From: Alphaproteobacteria bacterium
GTDB taxonomy: Bacteria; Pseudomonadota; Alphaproteobacteria; UBA828
Direction of reading: 5' to 3'
Length of the DNA: 64,000 nucleotides
NCBI GenBank assembly: GCA_963667785.2
Contig: CAXXMU010000006.1
Coordinates: forward strand, 1,024,001 to 1,088,000
Shown here piece after piece: positions 12,763 to 22,358 of this stretch. Each line of letters opens with the position of its first letter. Position 1 is the stretch's first letter. Both the position numbers and the translations under genes were made by a program. Below the pieces are notes generated by a model. That model did no database searches. It was not told the DNA's origin and saw only the letters and a list, made by a program, of their open reading frames with translations.

Positions 12763-13557
12763 CTAGTTCGAGCGCGAGCTGGCGCGGGGCCGGACCGGCA
12801 CGCCCTCCAGGAGGCCGTGGCGGTCCATGTCCAGCCAGGCATCCATGAAGACCTCGTTCCACTGCTCGGTCATGGGGTGGTGCATCATGTCACGGTAGAC
12901 CGTCCACATGGTCACGAGCTCGTCTGCTCCGTCGCGGAGGGCGGCGTACGCGGTCTCCACCGTGCGGACGAGGGCGGCCATGATGAAGGGACGCTGCTCC
13001 CAGCGGCCGAACACCTGGGCGCACTCCCGGATCAGCTTGGTCGGGTCGCCGCCCGCTTCCTTGACCGGCTCGCAGAAGGGCAGGATGTGATCGACACCCG
13101 CCTGGGCGACGGCCACGGCCTGCGGCAGGGAGAAGACGGTGGTGCAGCAGGTCTCCACGCCCTCTTCCCGGAGCGCGGCGAAGGCCTTCAGTGCGGTCGT
13201 CGAGCACGGGATCTTCAGGACGACCTGGTCGGAGAGATCCGTGAACGCCTTTCCGACCTCGAGGAGCTCCTCGAGCGAGTGCCCGTCGATCTCGACGACG
13301 ATGGGCTTGTCGGTGAGGTCCAGGTACTTCTTGATCACGTCGATGGCACCGCCATGGGCCTTCGCGTACTGATTGTGCACCACCGTGTTCGTGACGATCC
13401 CGGCGATGCCGAGGGGCATCCATTCCCTGAGGTCATCGGGATCGCCGGCGAGCCAGATGGCGGGGCCGCGGCCCTGGTGGAGGGCGGCGGGGACCGGGCC
13501 GGTGCCGGCCTCCTCGCCGATCGATAGAGCAAGGGGGACGGCGCGTGCAGTCCTCAT
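12763..13557 (-). CDS. Transaldolase/fructose-6-phosphate aldolase family protein, atypical
   Basis: GIVTN, VVEI, Schiff-base VLKIP, TTVFSLPQA, HPMT; start uncertain. Confidence 0.8.
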   Translation of the reverse strand: MRTARAVPLALSIGEEAGTGPVPAALHQGRGPAIWLAGDPDDLREWMPLGIAGIVTNTVVHNQYAKAHGGAIDVIKKYLDLTDKPIVVEIDGHSLEELLEVGKAFTDLSDQVVLKIPCSTTALKAFAALREEGVETCCTTVFSLPQAVAVAQAGVDHILPFCEPVKEAGGDPTKLIRECAQVFGRWEQRPFIMAALVRTVETAYAALRDGADELVTMWTVYRDMMHHPMTEQWNEVFMDAWLDMDRHGLLEGVPVRPRASSRSN

Positions 13558-13631
13558 GATCGGTTCCTCCCGGTCCGTTGCGACGCCATCACGGTGAACT
13601 GGCTCGGTTCAACCGGCCAACCCGCGTCGGA

Positions 13632-15119
13632 TTACGAAGCCCGCGCGTTGGGCACCGCCTTCGCGATCCTGTCAATACCCTCAGGTATCAGCGATCCTGC
13701 GATCACCGAGTAGCCCAGGCGAATGTGATTCCGGTTGTTTCTCTCGTCGGAGAAGGTGAAGCCGCCCGTCTCGAAGAATACGCCCTCGGCTTCCACCAAC
13801 TGCCGAAGAATGCCGGCATCCGCCTCGTCCGGCAGCCTGAGCCAGATACTGCCTCCGCCATATTCCGACTTCGTGGACGCGCCCGGGAAATGCTGCTCGA
13901 GGGCGTCATGCATGACCGCGCAGCGCTGCTTGTAGATGCCGGTGATCTTCGCGACGAACCGGTCGAAGTACCCGCGTTGAAGGAACAGCGCCACGCTTCT
14001 CTGATTGTTCACAGGGGGGTGCCGAAGAATATGGTGGCGGAGCGCTCTCGCTTCCCGGACGAACTCGCGATCGGCAACCAGGTAGCCGATGCGAAGGCCC
14101 GGCAACAGCGACTTCGACAAACTCCCCGTATAGATGACGTTTCCCCAGCCATCGAGGCTCTTGAGAGCGCGCGGGGGTGTCATGTTGAAGCTGATGTCGG
14201 CCTCGTAATCGTCCTCGATCACGAACTGACCGTTGCTCTTCGTGAGATCGAGCAGTTCCATTTTTCGGTCGAGGGGCATGGTGACGGTTGTCGGAAACTG
14301 ATGGCTGGGTGTCACGAAGAGGCACTTGCAACCGCCGACATCGCTGGAGAGAACCAGTCCCTTCCTGTCGACAGGCAGGCGCCTCACCGCAATACCCTCG
14401 ATCTCGGCCATGTTGATGACGTCGGGATAGCCTGGGTCCTCGACGCCGATCGTCTCGCCCGGCGACAGCAGGAGCTTGATGGCGATGTAGAGCGCCTGCT
14501 GGCCGCCGACCGTGACCAGGACCTCGTCGGGATGGGCGACGATGCCGCGCTTGGCGAGCACGCGCTGGATCAGCTGCTCGATCAGCATGTCGTCGTCGAT
14601 CGCGGAATAGTCGGTGGCCCAATTGGCGAGTTCGATGACGTTGACGGAATCGCGCACGCACTCGCGCCAGCTCGTAATGGGGAAGAGTGACGGGTCGGTC
14701 AGGCCGCAGACGAACGGGTAGCGATACCTGACCAGGACGTCCGAAGGCTTCACGACGCGCTGAAGGTTGAAGCTCCGCCCGGCGAAGAACGCCCGGTAGT
14801 CCAGCCGGCCCGGCGGTCGTGCATTCCCGGCCGGTGCGTCCGGCTTCAGCGCGTGGCCCGGGTCCGTCAGCACGTCGGGGTTCACGTAGAAGCCGGAGCG
14901 GTTCCGGGACTCCACGAAGCCGTCCTGCTTAAGCGCGTCATAGGCCAGCGTGACGGTCGTCACGCTGACTCCCAGCTCCGTCGACAGTTGCCGGATCGAC
15001 GGCAACGGCCGATGCAGGGGGTACTGACGATTGACGATGCCCATCGCGATCTGGCGCCGAATCTGCTTCTGCAGGCTCTCCGGCGCCTCGCGATCGATCA
15101 CGATCATGTTCTCGTACAT
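13632..15119 (-). CDS. MocR/GabR-family (GntR HTH plus PLP aminotransferase-like) regulator
   Basis: LPSIRQLSTELGVSVTTV HTH; VTPSHQFPT, IEDDYE, GSLSKSLLPGLRIGY. Confidence 0.93.
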   Translation of the reverse strand: MYENMIVIDREAPESLQKQIRRQIAMGIVNRQYPLHRPLPSIRQLSTELGVSVTTVTLAYDALKQDGFVESRNRSGFYVNPDVLTDPGHALKPDAPAGNARPPGRLDYRAFFAGRSFNLQRVVKPSDVLVRYRYPFVCGLTDPSLFPITSWRECVRDSVNVIELANWATDYSAIDDDMLIEQLIQRVLAKRGIVAHPDEVLVTVGGQQALYIAIKLLLSPGETIGVEDPGYPDVINMAEIEGIAVRRLPVDRKGLVLSSDVGGCKCLFVTPSHQFPTTVTMPLDRKMELLDLTKSNGQFVIEDDYEADISFNMTPPRALKSLDGWGNVIYTGSLSKSLLPGLRIGYLVADREFVREARALRHHILRHPPVNNQRSVALFLQRGYFDRFVAKITGIYKQRCAVMHDALEQHFPGASTKSEYGGGSIWLRLPDEADAGILRQLVEAEGVFFETGGFTFSDERNNRNHIRLGYSVIAGSLIPEGIDRIAKAVPNARAS

Positions 15120-15342
15120 CGTCGTCAGGCCCCTCGCCCCATGGAGCGACAGCCGCGGGAGTCAGGGGTAGCGCACGCCCAGCGGCGCCATCAAGCACTC
15201 TCAGCCTCTGCACCCAAAACCTTTCCTGTCTGTATGTAGGGACTCATCTGTCCGAGCGGTAGGTTGATCCCGCGATGGCTTAGAAAATAAGCGCGCACGG
15301 GAGGGATTTTACCGGTGGATCAAGTGGCGGTGTCGGGAAGCA

Positions 15343-17004
15343 ATGCAGCTGCGTAGCGACAAACAATATCTGGGAATCGAGCGCTCTCTGCAGCGTGCAT
15401 GGGCGAAAGGAGCCGGGCTGATCGACGAAGAGTTCGAGCAGCCCATGATCGCGGTCGTCAACACGTATCAGGAGTTCTCACCGGAGAACGTCCACCTCCG
15501 TCAGGTCGCCGACGCCGTCAAGGCGGGCATTCGCATGGCGGGCGGAACACCCTGCGAATTCAACACCTTCCACGTCACTGACAGCGAGACCTTTGCCTCA
15601 GTCGGCATGCGCTACGTGCTGCCGAGCAGAGACCTCGTGGCCGACATGATCGAGCTCATGGTCGAAGGCCACCGCTTCGATGCGATGGTGCTGATCGGCT
15701 CGGGCGACAAGGTTATGCCTGGAATGGTAATGGCCGCAACACGCCTGGATATACCCGCCATCGTTCTGTACGGCGGACCGACCAAGGCCGGACTCTACAA
15801 GAACCGTAAGGTATTTCTGGAGACGGTCTACGACGGCGTCGGCGAGCATCTTCTCGGGAGGATTACCGAGGAAGAACTCAAGGGTCTCGAGGATAACCAC
15901 TTCCCGTTTTCGGGCGCTTGTGACACCGCAACATCAGGCAATACTGCCGGCATCTACACGGAAGCTCTGGGACTTTCCCTGCCCCATTCCGGCACCTTTC
16001 CTGCGGGAAGCAACTACCAGCTGCGCGCGGCGAAATACACCGGGATGAGGATCATGGAGTTGCTGAAAGAAGACCTGCGCCCGTCGGAAATCCTGTCGCA
16101 GGAGGCTTTCGAGAACGCCATGCGCGTGGGGCTGGCGGTCGGCGGCTCCACCAACATGGTCCTTCACATGATCGCGATGGCGATCGAGGCCGGCGTCGAA
16201 ATCAGCTTCGACACCTGGGACCGGCTCAGCCGGGAGACTCCGACCCTGGTCAAGCTCGCGCCGTCGGGACCCTGGGGCGTAACGGAGCTCGGCGAAGCGG
16301 GCGGCACGCCCGCGGTCATGAAGGCGCTGGGCGATCTCATTCACCCGGACACGCGGACGGTGAGCGGCGAGACGACCGGGGAGCTGATCGCCCAGGCGGA
16401 AATCGAGAACCCCGCGTGCATCCGAAGCAGGAGCGATCCCGTCGAGCCGGAGGGCTCCATCTACATCCTCAAGGGCACTCTCGCCCCCGGCGGTGCGGTG
16501 GTGAAGGCCTCCGGTGTCGCTCGCGACATGTGGGAAGCCGTGCTGCCGGCACGCGTCTTCGAGGACGAAGAGGGCGCGATCGACGCACTCCGCGACAACG
16601 AAATCTCGCCCGGCACCTGCGTCGTGATCCGGAACGAGGGAACGCGGGGCGGCCCCGGCATGCGCGAGATGCTGGGTGCCACCTCGGCGTTGATGGGGGC
16701 GGGTCTCGGCAACAGCTGCGCGCTCGTCACGGACGGGCGCTTCTCGGGCGCGACGCACGGCCCCGCCATCGGATACGTCACGCCCGAGGCCGCGCGGGAG
16801 GGGCCCATCGCCCTCGTCGAGGACGGCGATCCGATCTGCATCGACCTGGCGGGCCGCACGCTCGACTTGCGGGTGGACCCGGAGGTGCTCGCGCAGCGCC
16901 GCCGCAATCACACGCCGAGGCCGGTTCCGGTCTCGCGCGGCTATCTCAAGCACTACGCCGAGCACGTGGCGCCGGCGTCCGAAGGGGCGGTGATGCCGCG
17001 CTAG
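15343..17004 (+). CDS. IlvD/Edd-family dehydratase homologue with altered Fe-S ligands
   Basis: [38 protein letters not shown]; PEN and GDK in place of PCN and CDK. Confidence 0.9.
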   Translation: MQLRSDKQYLGIERSLQRAWAKGAGLIDEEFEQPMIAVVNTYQEFSPENVHLRQVADAVKAGIRMAGGTPCEFNTFHVTDSETFASVGMRYVLPSRDLVADMIELMVEGHRFDAMVLIGSGDKVMPGMVMAATRLDIPAIVLYGGPTKAGLYKNRKVFLETVYDGVGEHLLGRITEEELKGLEDNHFPFSGACDTATSGNTAGIYTEALGLSLPHSGTFPAGSNYQLRAAKYTGMRIMELLKEDLRPSEILSQEAFENAMRVGLAVGGSTNMVLHMIAMAIEAGVEISFDTWDRLSRETPTLVKLAPSGPWGVTELGEAGGTPAVMKALGDLIHPDTRTVSGETTGELIAQAEIENPACIRSRSDPVEPEGSIYILKGTLAPGGAVVKASGVARDMWEAVLPARVFEDEEGAIDALRDNEISPGTCVVIRNEGTRGGPGMREMLGATSALMGAGLGNSCALVTDGRFSGATHGPAIGYVTPEAAREGPIALVEDGDPICIDLAGRTLDLRVDPEVLAQRRRNHTPRPVPVSRGYLKHYAEHVAPASEGAVMPR

Positions 17005-17007
17005 GCC

Positions 17008-18054
17008 ATGAACGCAGCAGGGAAGACCGTCGTCGTCACCAATGCCGCCTCCACCGGTATCAGGATCGAGCGCGCCGAGTTAAAGGCGCTCGCGCGCCGC
17101 AGCGACCGGCCCGGCCTGGCCTATCTCGGCGCCTGGACGTTTCTGCTGGCAGCGACCGGGGCGCTCGTCTGGCTCGCCCTGGGCAGCGCGTACGTCTGGG
17201 CGGCGATGTTCGCATACGGCGTCGTCATGTCGGTGCCGTCCTACGCGCTCAGCCACGAAACGGCGCACGGAACCGCCTTCCGCACACGCCGGCTCAACGA
17301 GGCCGTCTTCTGGTTCACGTCGCTGCTCTACGGCGAGGAGCCGCTGCACCGGCGCTACACCCACACGAACCATCACACCCACACCTGGTACGTCGGCCAC
17401 GACAGCCAGATGCCTTTCGACACGCCGCTCGACTTCAAGGGCTGGCTCTACGACATCAGCGGGCTGTCGATCCACAGGTTCCAGCTCCGGGTGCTCTGGC
17501 AGCTCGCGACCAGGCGATACACGCCGCTGATGCGGGAGGTGTCGCCGGCGTCAGAGCTGCCGAAGATGACCCGCAACGCGCGCCTCTTCTGCCTCATCTA
17601 CCTCGGCGTCGTCGCCCTGATCGCGTCCGGCTACGGCTGGCCGCTGCTCTGGTTCTACGTGCTGCCGCGACTCATCGGCGGTCCGATCATGCTGATGTTC
17701 AACATCATCCAGCACGCCGAGATGCAGGAGAACTCGCCCTCGATCGTGGACAGCACGCGGACGTTCCGGACGAACTGGGTGGGGCGCTTCCTCTATCTCA
17801 ACATGAACAACCACGTGGAGCACCACCTCTATCCGCAGGTGCCGTTCTACGCGCTCCCCCGGCTTCACGAGGCGGTCGCCCGGCAGACGCCGGAGCCGGA
17901 TCCGGGCTTCTGGCCCACCAATATCGATCTTCTCTGGGTCGTCGTCCGGCGCTCGCTCGGGCGCGGCACCAAGGCTGCATGGATCCGCCAGGCGCCGCAC
18001 ATGGTCAGCGCCGGCGGCACCCACACGAAGATCTCGAAGGCCACGATGCAGTGA
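17008..18054 (+). CDS. Membrane di-iron desaturase/hydroxylase family (MocD-like)
   Basis: His boxes HETAH, HTNHH, QH and HVEHH; several TM segments. Confidence 0.88.
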   Translation: MNAAGKTVVVTNAASTGIRIERAELKALARRSDRPGLAYLGAWTFLLAATGALVWLALGSAYVWAAMFAYGVVMSVPSYALSHETAHGTAFRTRRLNEAVFWFTSLLYGEEPLHRRYTHTNHHTHTWYVGHDSQMPFDTPLDFKGWLYDISGLSIHRFQLRVLWQLATRRYTPLMREVSPASELPKMTRNARLFCLIYLGVVALIASGYGWPLLWFYVLPRLIGGPIMLMFNIIQHAEMQENSPSIVDSTRTFRTNWVGRFLYLNMNNHVEHHLYPQVPFYALPRLHEAVARQTPEPDPGFWPTNIDLLWVVVRRSLGRGTKAAWIRQAPHMVSAGGTHTKISKATMQ

Positions 18055-18893
18055 CGCGCACGCGCATCTACACCTACGGCGGCAAGCCGGCCCGGCGCAA
18101 CTTCACCGTGGCCGACATGATCGCGCACAAGGGCACGGCCAGGCTCTGCCAGACCTGCCCGGCGACGGAGGAGGAAGCCGCAGCCTGCGAGGCGGTGGGC
18201 ATCGACGTGCTGAACACGTCGGATGCGGACCTTCCCGCGGTGCGGGCCGGTGCGCCGGAGACCTTCACCATCGCCGATCTGCCGATGACGGCGCACCGGA
18301 CGCCGGACGATATCCTGCGTGCCGCCGTGAAGGCGGCGGAAATCGGTGCCGACGCGGTCTACACGCCGCGCAGCCTGCACATGGTCGAGATGCTGGCCAG
18401 GGAGGGGCTCGCTGTTCAGGGCCATCTCGGCCTGGTGCCGAGGCTTTCCACACGGCGGGGCGGCTTGCGGATCGTCGGCAAGACGGCAGACGAGGCCGTC
18501 GAGCTGGCGGAGGATTTTCGCCGGCTCGAGGACGCTGGCGCCTATGCCGCCGAAGTGGAATGCGTCGCGGCCGAGGCGCTCGCGGCGATCAACCCGCTGA
18601 CGACGCTGGTCACGCATTCCATCGGCGCCGGCTCCGCAGGCGACGTCATCTTCATGTTCCTGGTGGACATCTGCGGGGAGTCCGATCGCCCCCCGGGGCA
18701 CGCCAAGGCGTTCGCTGACCTGAGTTCGATCCGCGCGCATCTCGCGGTCGAGCGGCGGCGCGCCCTGAGCGACTACCGGCACGCGGTCATGAACGGCTCC
18801 TATCCCGACGCCACGACCTCGGTCTCGATGCTGCCGGACGAGCACGAGAGGCTCCTCGAGGCGCTGGATGCGCGCCGGATCTTTCACTCCTAG
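18051..18893 (+). CDS. PanB-like (ketopantoate hydroxymethyltransferase fold) protein, non-canonical
   Basis: GTGA overlap; ADLP, GHLGLVP, AGAYAAEVECV, SIGAG; lacks GDS and KxE. Confidence 0.8.
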   Translation: MTRTRIYTYGGKPARRNFTVADMIAHKGTARLCQTCPATEEEAAACEAVGIDVLNTSDADLPAVRAGAPETFTIADLPMTAHRTPDDILRAAVKAAEIGADAVYTPRSLHMVEMLAREGLAVQGHLGLVPRLSTRRGGLRIVGKTADEAVELAEDFRRLEDAGAYAAEVECVAAEALAAINPLTTLVTHSIGAGSAGDVIFMFLVDICGESDRPPGHAKAFADLSSIRAHLAVERRRALSDYRHAVMNGSYPDATTSVSMLPDEHERLLEALDARRIFHS

Positions 18894-18903
18894 GGGAACG
18901 ACC

Positions 18904-19212
18904 ATGGCCGACTGGGTCCGCGCCTGCGCCTGCGACGACATCGAGGAAGAGGACCTCATCCGCTGGGACCACGGAGGCCGCACCTACGCGATCTACAGAG
19001 CCGAGGACGGCTTCTACTGCACCGACGGCATGTGCACGCACGAGGAAGAGCACCTCGAGGAGGGGCTTCTGACCGGCCATGTCATCGAGTGCCCCCTTCA
19101 CCAGGGCCGCTTCGACATCCGGACGGGAGAGGTGATCTCGCCGCCGCCCTTCGTCGACCTCAACACCTATCCGGTGAAGACGGAGGGCGGACAGGTCTAC
19201 GTGAAGGTTTAG
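18904..19212 (+). CDS. Rieske [2Fe-2S] ferredoxin (MocE-like)
   Basis: CTHE...CPLHQGRFD Rieske motif. Confidence 0.92.
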   Translation: MADWVRACACDDIEEEDLIRWDHGGRTYAIYRAEDGFYCTDGMCTHEEEHLEEGLLTGHVIECPLHQGRFDIRTGEVISPPPFVDLNTYPVKTEGGQVYVKV

Positions 19213-19280
19213 TGCCCCTGGACCGCAAAAACTCCCGGGGAATGCGCCGACAACCGATGCAACGAAGAGGAGATGGAACC

Positions 19281-20309
19281 ATGCAGAACCCAATTCGCAA
19301 ACTGCTGCTGCCCGGCCTGACCGCGGCAGGAATCGCGCTCGGCGCGATGGCTTACCAGGCCGACACGCAGAAAGCCGAGGCGGCGGAGAGCTTCATCTTC
19401 GCCCATGCGATGAACGTCGATCACGTGTTCCACGCCATCTCGGAACGCTACATCGGCGACCTGGCCGACCAGAGCGGCCTCGAGATCGAGTATCACCCGG
19501 GCGGCGATCTCGGGGACTGGACGTCGCTGTTCGAGCAGGCCATGCAGGGCGTGGTTCCGATGACGCTCACCTGGGCCTCGTCCGAATTCGATTCGCGGCT
19601 CGACCTCATCTATCTGGGCTACATCGTCTCCAACTGGGAAGACGCGGAACGTCTCTACGGCCCCGGCGCCGGCATGCTCGACGTTTACAACGACATGCTG
19701 GCCGATCTCGGTCTCCATGCCCTCGGCATCATCCCGACCGACTTCGGCTCGGTGGTGATCCGGAAGGGCGTGGGCGAGCTTCCGATGAACTTCCCCGCCG
19801 ATCCTAACGGCATGAAGATCCGTGTGCCGGGACTGGCGATCGCCGTGGACCGCTTCAACAACTTCGGCTTCGCCGCCGTGCCGATCCCGCTCTCGGAGGT
19901 GCACACGGCCCTTCAGCTCGGGACCGTGGATGCGCGGTCGTTCTCCACCGCAGTCGAGACCTACACGCTGCGCGACGTCCTTGAGGCCAACATTCTTACG
20001 AACGACTACTTCGAGGTCGCCTTCTGGCTCGTCAACAAGGAGTGGTGGGACGGCCTCCCCGAAGACTCCCGCAACGCCCTGCAGGCTGCAGCCGACAACA
20101 CTATCGGCTGGTCGTGGAAGGAAGCCAGGAGCAAGAGCGACGAGTTCCTGCAGAAGGCGCGCGATGCAGGCATCAACGTCGTCGAGCTGAGCGACGAGCA
20201 GATGAGCGCCGCCAAGCAGATCGTCTATGAGAAGGAGTGGCCGATGATGGAAGGCGTCGTCGGCAAGGAAATCATGGACAAGATCCGCCAGGTCGTAGGC
20301 GTCGAGTAA
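19281..20309 (+). CDS. TRAP transporter substrate-binding protein (DctP family)
   Basis: Signal peptide; HPGGDLG, GMKIRVP, EVHTALQLGTVDA; GAGGAG RBS. Confidence 0.9.
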   Translation: MQNPIRKLLLPGLTAAGIALGAMAYQADTQKAEAAESFIFAHAMNVDHVFHAISERYIGDLADQSGLEIEYHPGGDLGDWTSLFEQAMQGVVPMTLTWASSEFDSRLDLIYLGYIVSNWEDAERLYGPGAGMLDVYNDMLADLGLHALGIIPTDFGSVVIRKGVGELPMNFPADPNGMKIRVPGLAIAVDRFNNFGFAAVPIPLSEVHTALQLGTVDARSFSTAVETYTLRDVLEANILTNDYFEVAFWLVNKEWWDGLPEDSRNALQAAADNTIGWSWKEARSKSDEFLQKARDAGINVVELSDEQMSAAKQIVYEKEWPMMEGVVGKEIMDKIRQVVGVE

Positions 20310-20333
20310 GAACGTCACGTCCTCCAGCGACTG

Positions 20334-20359
20334 CGTCCGGGTGCTTCGGCACCCGGACG
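20334..20359 (+). terminator. 11-bp stem with UUCG tetraloop between dctP and dctQ (mRNA stabiliser or partial terminator)
   Basis: CGTCCGGGTGC-TTCG-GCACCCGGACG followed by GCTTCTT. Confidence 0.7.
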
Positions 20360-20384
20360 GCTTCTTGATGGAGGACCTGCGACC

Positions 20385-21029
20385 GTGACGGGCAATTCCG
20401 ATCAGCGACCCGGCCCCTCCGAGGTCCCGGAGTCATCGGTCGGCGATACCGAGGGTAGCGAGCGTGAACCGCCCGAGCGACTGACCGCCCTGCCCAAGGG
20501 CCCGCTGGCGGAGAGGTTGCGATGGGTGCTGGCGGCCGAGGCGGTCGTCCAGCGGATTCTCTACGTCTTCATCGTCGCGTTCGGCCTCTGCCTCGCCGGG
20601 CTGATGTTCACCCAGGTGGTGCTGCGATACGCCTTCGCCTCGCCGTTCGTGGGGATCGAGGAGCTATCGCTCCTCTTCGGCGCCTGGTTCTACTTCCTCG
20701 GAATCGCCTACGTCACGCGCGACGGCGAGCACATCCACGGCGGCATCCTGACCATGGTGGTTCGCGGGCCGAACGGCGTGCAGGCCGTTCGCCTGATCGT
20801 CACCGTGCTCGGCATCGCGGCCTGCGCGGTCTTCGGCTACTTCGCGATCAGGTACGCGCTCTTCGAGATCCAGACCGGGCGGCTCAGCTCGTACATGCGC
20901 TGGCCCAAGGGGTTGTGGTCGGCCTCCCTCATCCTCGGCTTCGTCGGCACCACGATCTACATGATCCTTCAGGCAGTCCATCAGTTCCTGGATCTGCAGG
21001 CCCGCCTCCGCGCGCGGTCGCAGAGGTAG
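20385..21029 (+). CDS. TRAP transporter small permease (DctQ)
   Basis: QVVLRY, EELS, GEHI; four TM segments. Confidence 0.88.
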   Translation: MTGNSDQRPGPSEVPESSVGDTEGSEREPPERLTALPKGPLAERLRWVLAAEAVVQRILYVFIVAFGLCLAGLMFTQVVLRYAFASPFVGIEELSLLFGAWFYFLGIAYVTRDGEHIHGGILTMVVRGPNGVQAVRLIVTVLGIAACAVFGYFAIRYALFEIQTGRLSSYMRWPKGLWSASLILGFVGTTIYMILQAVHQFLDLQARLRARSQR

Positions 21030-21031
21030 CC

Positions 21032-22336
21032 GTGCTCATCTTTCTCGGCTCCATCGCCCTCATCGTCATCCTGCTACTCTCGGAGATGCCGATTGCGTTC
21101 GCCTTCGGCATCGGCGCGCTGGTGTTCGGCCTTGCGTCGGGCTCGGACATCTCCTTCCTCATCCCCTTCGCCTATCAAACGACCTCGAGCTTCGCCCTGC
21201 TCGCGCTGCCGCTGTTCGTGATGGCCGGCACCATCATGGCCGAAGGCGGGATGTCCGAACGCCTGCTCGCCTTCGTGAATGCGCTGGTCGGCAGGCTCAA
21301 GGGCGGGCTCGGCGCCGTGACCATCGTCACCTGCGCGCTGTTCGGTGCGATCTCCGGCTCGTCGTCCGCGGCCATCGCCGCCATCGGGTCGATCATGATC
21401 CCGCGCATGATCCGGGAGGGATATCCGCCCGGTCATGCCACCGCCCTGGTCGCCTGCTCCTCGGTTCTCGCGCTGATGATCCCGCCCTCCATTCCCATGA
21501 TCGTCTTTGCGGTCACCGGCGGGATATCGGTGGGTGCAGCCTTCCTCTCGACCATCGTTCCCGGCGTCCTGCTGACGGGCGTCTATGTCGGCCTCAACTT
21601 CCTGTTCCTGCGGAAGGTGAAGACCATCACGGTCGAGGAACGGGTTTCCGTGCGGGTCGCGGTCCGCAGAGTCGGCACCACGGGCACCAAGGCCTTCTGG
21701 GCGCTGCTGCTGCCGGTCTTCATCCTGGGAAGCATCTATTCCGGGATCGCCACGCCGACCGAGGCGGCCGCGATCGCCTTCGTCTACACGGTCATCGTGG
21801 GCTTCGTCTTCTATCGCGGGCTGACGCTGCAGAACTTCCCCAAGGCCATCGGGCGCGCGGCGGTGACCACCGGGTCGATCATCGCGGTGCTGTTCTTCCT
21901 GTTCGTCATGAGCCGGGCGATGGTCCTCGAACAGGTGCCGAAGGACGTGGCGGACGCGCTGATCGCGCTGACGGAGAACCGCATCTTCGTGCTTCTGATG
22001 ATCAACCTGATCCTGCTGTTGATCGGCATGATCGTGGACGACGTGTCCGGCAGCGTGCTCGCGGCCATCGTGCTGCTGCCGGTGGCGACGGAGATCGGCG
22101 TCCATCCCATCCACTTCGCCGCGATCGTCGGCACCAATCTCGGGCTCGGGAACGTGTCGCCGCCGTGCGCGCCCATGCTCTACATGGCGGCGGGGATCAG
22201 CAAGCTCTCGCTGGACAAGTATGTGGTGCCGACAATGAAGCTGCTCTGCCTGGGCCATCTGCCCATGGTGCTGATCGTCACCTTCATCCCGGACCTCTCC
22301 CTGGCTCTGCCCAGGCTGGTCATGGGGATCGAGTGA
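21032..22336 (+). CDS. TRAP transporter large permease (DctM)
   Basis: GAISGSSSA, MIPPSIPMI, ATPTEAA, SPP. Confidence 0.93.
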   Translation: MLIFLGSIALIVILLLSEMPIAFAFGIGALVFGLASGSDISFLIPFAYQTTSSFALLALPLFVMAGTIMAEGGMSERLLAFVNALVGRLKGGLGAVTIVTCALFGAISGSSSAAIAAIGSIMIPRMIREGYPPGHATALVACSSVLALMIPPSIPMIVFAVTGGISVGAAFLSTIVPGVLLTGVYVGLNFLFLRKVKTITVEERVSVRVAVRRVGTTGTKAFWALLLPVFILGSIYSGIATPTEAAAIAFVYTVIVGFVFYRGLTLQNFPKAIGRAAVTTGSIIAVLFFLFVMSRAMVLEQVPKDVADALIALTENRIFVLLMINLILLLIGMIVDDVSGSVLAAIVLLPVATEIGVHPIHFAAIVGTNLGLGNVSPPCAPMLYMAAGISKLSLDKYVVPTMKLLCLGHLPMVLIVTFIPDLSLALPRLVMGIE

Positions 22337-22358
22337 GCGACGGCGTCTCCGGCGTAAG

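Noticed and set aside
15207-15253. TCTG-initiated direct repeats as MocR/TauR boxes
   Set aside because: The matches are short and degenerate with uneven spacing (22 and 18 bp); not supportable without comparative data.
18904-19212. This Rieske ferredoxin as the missing TmoC of the monooxygenase
   Set aside because: It lies about 35 kb away in a different operon with its own oxygenase partner; no sequence evidence for cross-use.
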